From: Tepidisphaeraceae bacterium | Lineage (GTDB): Bacteria > Planctomycetota > Phycisphaerae > Tepidisphaerales > Tepidisphaeraceae | Reading direction: 5' to 3' | DNA length: 64,000 nt | Assembly (NCBI GenBank): GCA_035634055.1 | Contig: DASQDR010000048.1 | Coordinates: forward strand, 35,492-99,491 | Shown: positions 61,551-64,000 of the stretch, piece after piece | Layout of the letters: each line of letters starts with the position of its first letter | Position numbering within the stretch: position 1 is the first letter of the stretch | Made by a program: the position numbers and the translations under genes | Notes under the pieces: model-generated | The model's database searches: none | The model's input: only the letters and a program-made list of their open reading frames with translations | What the model was told of the DNA's origin: nothing

Positions 61551-63605
61551 CTACTTCTTCCTCCCCACGCTCGCCAAAATCTGATCGATCCGTTGCTGCG
61601 CTTCGGGCGGCTGGGTCGCGCGGAGCTGCCTGAGGACACCGGTGACGACCGGGCCCATGGCGGTCAGCTCGGCCTCGGCGCGGTCGCGCACCTTCCAGTC
61701 ATCGGAGTTGAGCTGGCCGACGGTCGCCTTGATCTTGTCGATCATCCCGGTGGCCGGCTGGGGTTGCGGCTGGTTGTACTCCTCGACTAAGGCCACCGGG
61801 ATGCCGACCGTCACGCCGCTCTCGAGCTGGCAGGTGAGCGTGGGCTCCTGGAGCTGGCCGGAGACGATGGAGGCATCCCACAGCGTCACCTGAACGTCCA
61901 GGGCCCCTTCCTTGCCGCGGCCGAGCTTGCGGACCTGGCCGGCGTCGATGGTGAGGGTGTCGAAGGCGGTGTCGAGCTTCATCGCGCCGACCAGGCCGCC
62001 CACCAGCGTGTCGTTGTTCATCAGCGTGAGCGTGGGCGCATCGTCGCGCGCCGCCTCCGCGGGCGGGCCGGCGAACTGGATCCGGCTGACGCTGCTCGCG
62101 GGGAAGCGGACCACCTGCGGCGCCGGGCTCGCCGCCCCCGCCCCTGCCGCTGCCGCCGCCCCGCCGCCGTCGCCCGCCGGGCGCGTCGTGCTCGATCCCG
62201 TGCTGAGCTTCATCTCGAACTGCGCGGCGCTGACCAGCCCGGCGAACTTGCTGCCGTCGGTCAGGTGGATGTCGTGCACGCCGTGCTCCTCGGACTGAAA
62301 GACGACGGTGGCGATGCTCTTGGGGTCGAGCTTCAGCACGCCGTAGCGGGTAACGACTTCGATCGGATCCGCCGGCATCTCCACGCCCACGCGCTCGCCG
62401 CTGCGAAGGGAGACGAACGGCTTGTCGAAGGTCCACTCTTCCGGCTCGCCGTCGCGCTTGCGGTAGCCGGCGCGGGTGACCTGGCTGAGGGGGATCTGCG
62501 TGGTCTGGCCGGTGCCCATCTCGAGGTCGAGGGTTTCCTTGGCGAGCTTGCCGCCGAAGATCTCGCCGTCGACGGTGACGATGAGCTGGCGTGGCCGGAA
62601 CTCGCCGACGTTGATCACGCCGACCACGCGCGACGCCGGCAGCTCGACGTCGCCGTAGAAGGTCGTGAGCTTGAAGCTCTGTTCCTTGATGCTGCCGCGC
62701 ATCTGGTCCCCGCCGCGGATTTCCACCACGTCGAACAAATCGCCGCGGAGCAGCTCGCGGTCGTTGATGAACCCTTGGCCGGCGGAGAAGTTGACGACCG
62801 CCTTGCGCAGCTCCGCCGGCAGCGACGCGAGGAGCTTGCCCTCCTTGAACTTCTCGACGAACTGCACGCCCTGTTCCGGGGTGGCGACGATCCCGTGCAG
62901 GTGGACGATCGCCACCTCCTTGCCGGCCGGCACCGCCACCTGGATCTGCGCTTGCACGGTGTTGTTTCCCTGCTGGTAGCTTATGTTGGGCAGGAGCTTG
63001 GACCCCTTGCCGGCGTACATGTCGACGATCGCCCGGCCGTTGCCGTTGCTGGTGGTGAAGCCGATCGCGTTGTCCTTCCTGCGCGGGTCCTGGATGTTCT
63101 GCCCCGCCTCGATGCCGAAATTGAGGTTCGACGCGAGCTGCACGTTGACCGACTCGTCCTGGGCCTTGGGGTTCTTCAGGATGTCGACGTAGCGGATGTA
63201 AGAACCCTCCTTGTCGACCAGGATCCGGCGGGTCAGCTGGTAGCCGGCGATGCTCATGTTCTCGAAGACGACCTCGCCGGTCTTGTCGTCGAGCTTCGCC
63301 TGGTTGTTGCGCATGCCCGGCTGCGAGCCGTTGATGGTGAACATGCCGGCCTGGCTGAACAGGGGCTGGTTGCCCTGGAGCTGTACCCAGCCGGTGGGGT
63401 AGATCATCCACTGGTTGCCGCTGGCGTCGGTGACGCTGTGCGGCATCGAGATCGCGCCCGCCGCCCCGGCGCCACCGCCGGCGCGGACCACGCGCGCTGC
63501 TGCGGCATCGCCGGCGGCAAGCGAAACGACCAGGGCCCCGGCGAGGGCAATCGTGAGGACGGCGGCGGCGGCGGCGGCGGCGGACGGGCGGGGGTGCGCT
63601 TTCAT
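61551..63605 (-). CDS. Secreted repeat protein, function unknown (six internal modules of about 40 aa, HEAT-like C-terminus)
   Basis: AAGGAG lies 8 nt upstream of the ATG at 63605, followed by a poly-Ala signal peptide. Repeated G-x-hydrophobic ... T..G.V.(I/L)P...V..(I/V) modules are present. The C-terminus is DDWKVRDRAEAELTAMGPVVTGVLRQL. Confidence 0.8.
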   Translation of the reverse strand: MKAHPRPSAAAAAAAVLTIALAGALVVSLAAGDAAAARVVRAGGGAGAAGAISMPHSVTDASGNQWMIYPTGWVQLQGNQPLFSQAGMFTINGSQPGMRNNQAKLDDKTGEVVFENMSIAGYQLTRRILVDKEGSYIRYVDILKNPKAQDESVNVQLASNLNFGIEAGQNIQDPRRKDNAIGFTTSNGNGRAIVDMYAGKGSKLLPNISYQQGNNTVQAQIQVAVPAGKEVAIVHLHGIVATPEQGVQFVEKFKEGKLLASLPAELRKAVVNFSAGQGFINDRELLRGDLFDVVEIRGGDQMRGSIKEQSFKLTTFYGDVELPASRVVGVINVGEFRPRQLIVTVDGEIFGGKLAKETLDLEMGTGQTTQIPLSQVTRAGYRKRDGEPEEWTFDKPFVSLRSGERVGVEMPADPIEVVTRYGVLKLDPKSIATVVFQSEEHGVHDIHLTDGSKFAGLVSAAQFEMKLSTGSSTTRPAGDGGGAAAAAGAGAASPAPQVVRFPASSVSRIQFAGPPAEAARDDAPTLTLMNNDTLVGGLVGAMKLDTAFDTLTIDAGQVRKLGRGKEGALDVQVTLWDASIVSGQLQEPTLTCQLESGVTVGIPVALVEEYNQPQPQPATGMIDKIKATVGQLNSDDWKVRDRAEAELTAMGPVVTGVLRQLRATQPPEAQQRIDQILASVGRKK

Positions 63606-63945
63606 CGGGTGTACTCCTTGCACGGCAGCGAGCTTCGGACGCCGCCGCGGGCGGAGAGTTCCCCCTGCGGCGAGGATTCCCCCGGCGACGGCAGCGGCGC
63701 CGCGGCGCCGGGTGAAGATTCTAACTGGCCCCGCGGCCGGAGCGAGCTAGAATCCCCCGCGGCGTCGTCGCGCCTCGCCGAACGGAATCCGGACCGCCCG
63801 TCGCGCTGGCGCGGCGGAGCTGCACCCGGGTTGCGCGGCGACAGCATCACGGCGGCGACACCTTTGGCGCCGGGCGCTGCATTGTGCGGCGACAGTGAGT
63901 ACCGTTCCGCAGTTCTCCCTTCCACCTGCCGGAGGCGAACCGCCC

Positions 63946-64000
63946 ATGGCCGCCCAAACTCCTGATCCGCACGCCCGCCAACCCGTCGTCACCGCCGGCC
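63946..64000 (+). CDS. Possible start of a gene continuing beyond the window
   Basis: GGAGG lies 9 nt upstream of the ATG at 63946 (MAAQTPDPHARQPVVTAG...). Only 18 codons are visible. Confidence 0.3.
   Translation, partial: MAAQTPDPHARQPVVTAG

Overview
This is a high-GC (roughly 70%) bacterial chromosomal window. Gene content and motifs suggest a Planctomycetota (Phycisphaerae-like) origin, but this is inference only. The motifs are an [12 protein letters not shown]-type secreted-protein N-terminus, a PEP-CTERM-like anchor, many FHA and ECF-sigma proteins, and long Ala/Pro/Gly linkers. I can support about 50 protein genes, mostly housekeeping or accessory. They include an ABC exporter, an Anbu proteasome homologue with a transglutaminase-like protein, bioD, bioF, rlmN, cysE, HU/IHF, addA/addB, recQ and mgtE. 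They also include a YidE/YbjL-type transporter, an RCK channel, a GH30-like hydrolase, an FHA-GAF histidine kinase, an ECF sigma factor, an RTX-repeat protein, a 5.2-kb FtsX-type giant, a PilZ protein and a fused ABC-2 permease. I saw no rRNA, tRNA, CRISPR array, transposase, integrase or prophage. The most unusual signal is not a gene cluster. It is a family of hairpin elements whose arms are built from short tandem units of 7-10 nt. One family (GGAGGCAC units, GAATTC core) has an intergenic copy after recQ and a second copy inserted in-frame inside rlmN. A second element with the same architecture sits in-frame between helicase motifs II and III of addA. Other notable items are a three-gene operon ending in an ESCRT-III/Snf7-like (PspA superfamily) protein, decayed toxins next to intact partners (HicA, PIN), and several frame anomalies at C/G runs that may be assembly indels. 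There is also an 8-nt tandem repeat and a triple direct repeat in a 790-bp intergenic region. All family assignments come from motif recognition by eye; no searches were run.
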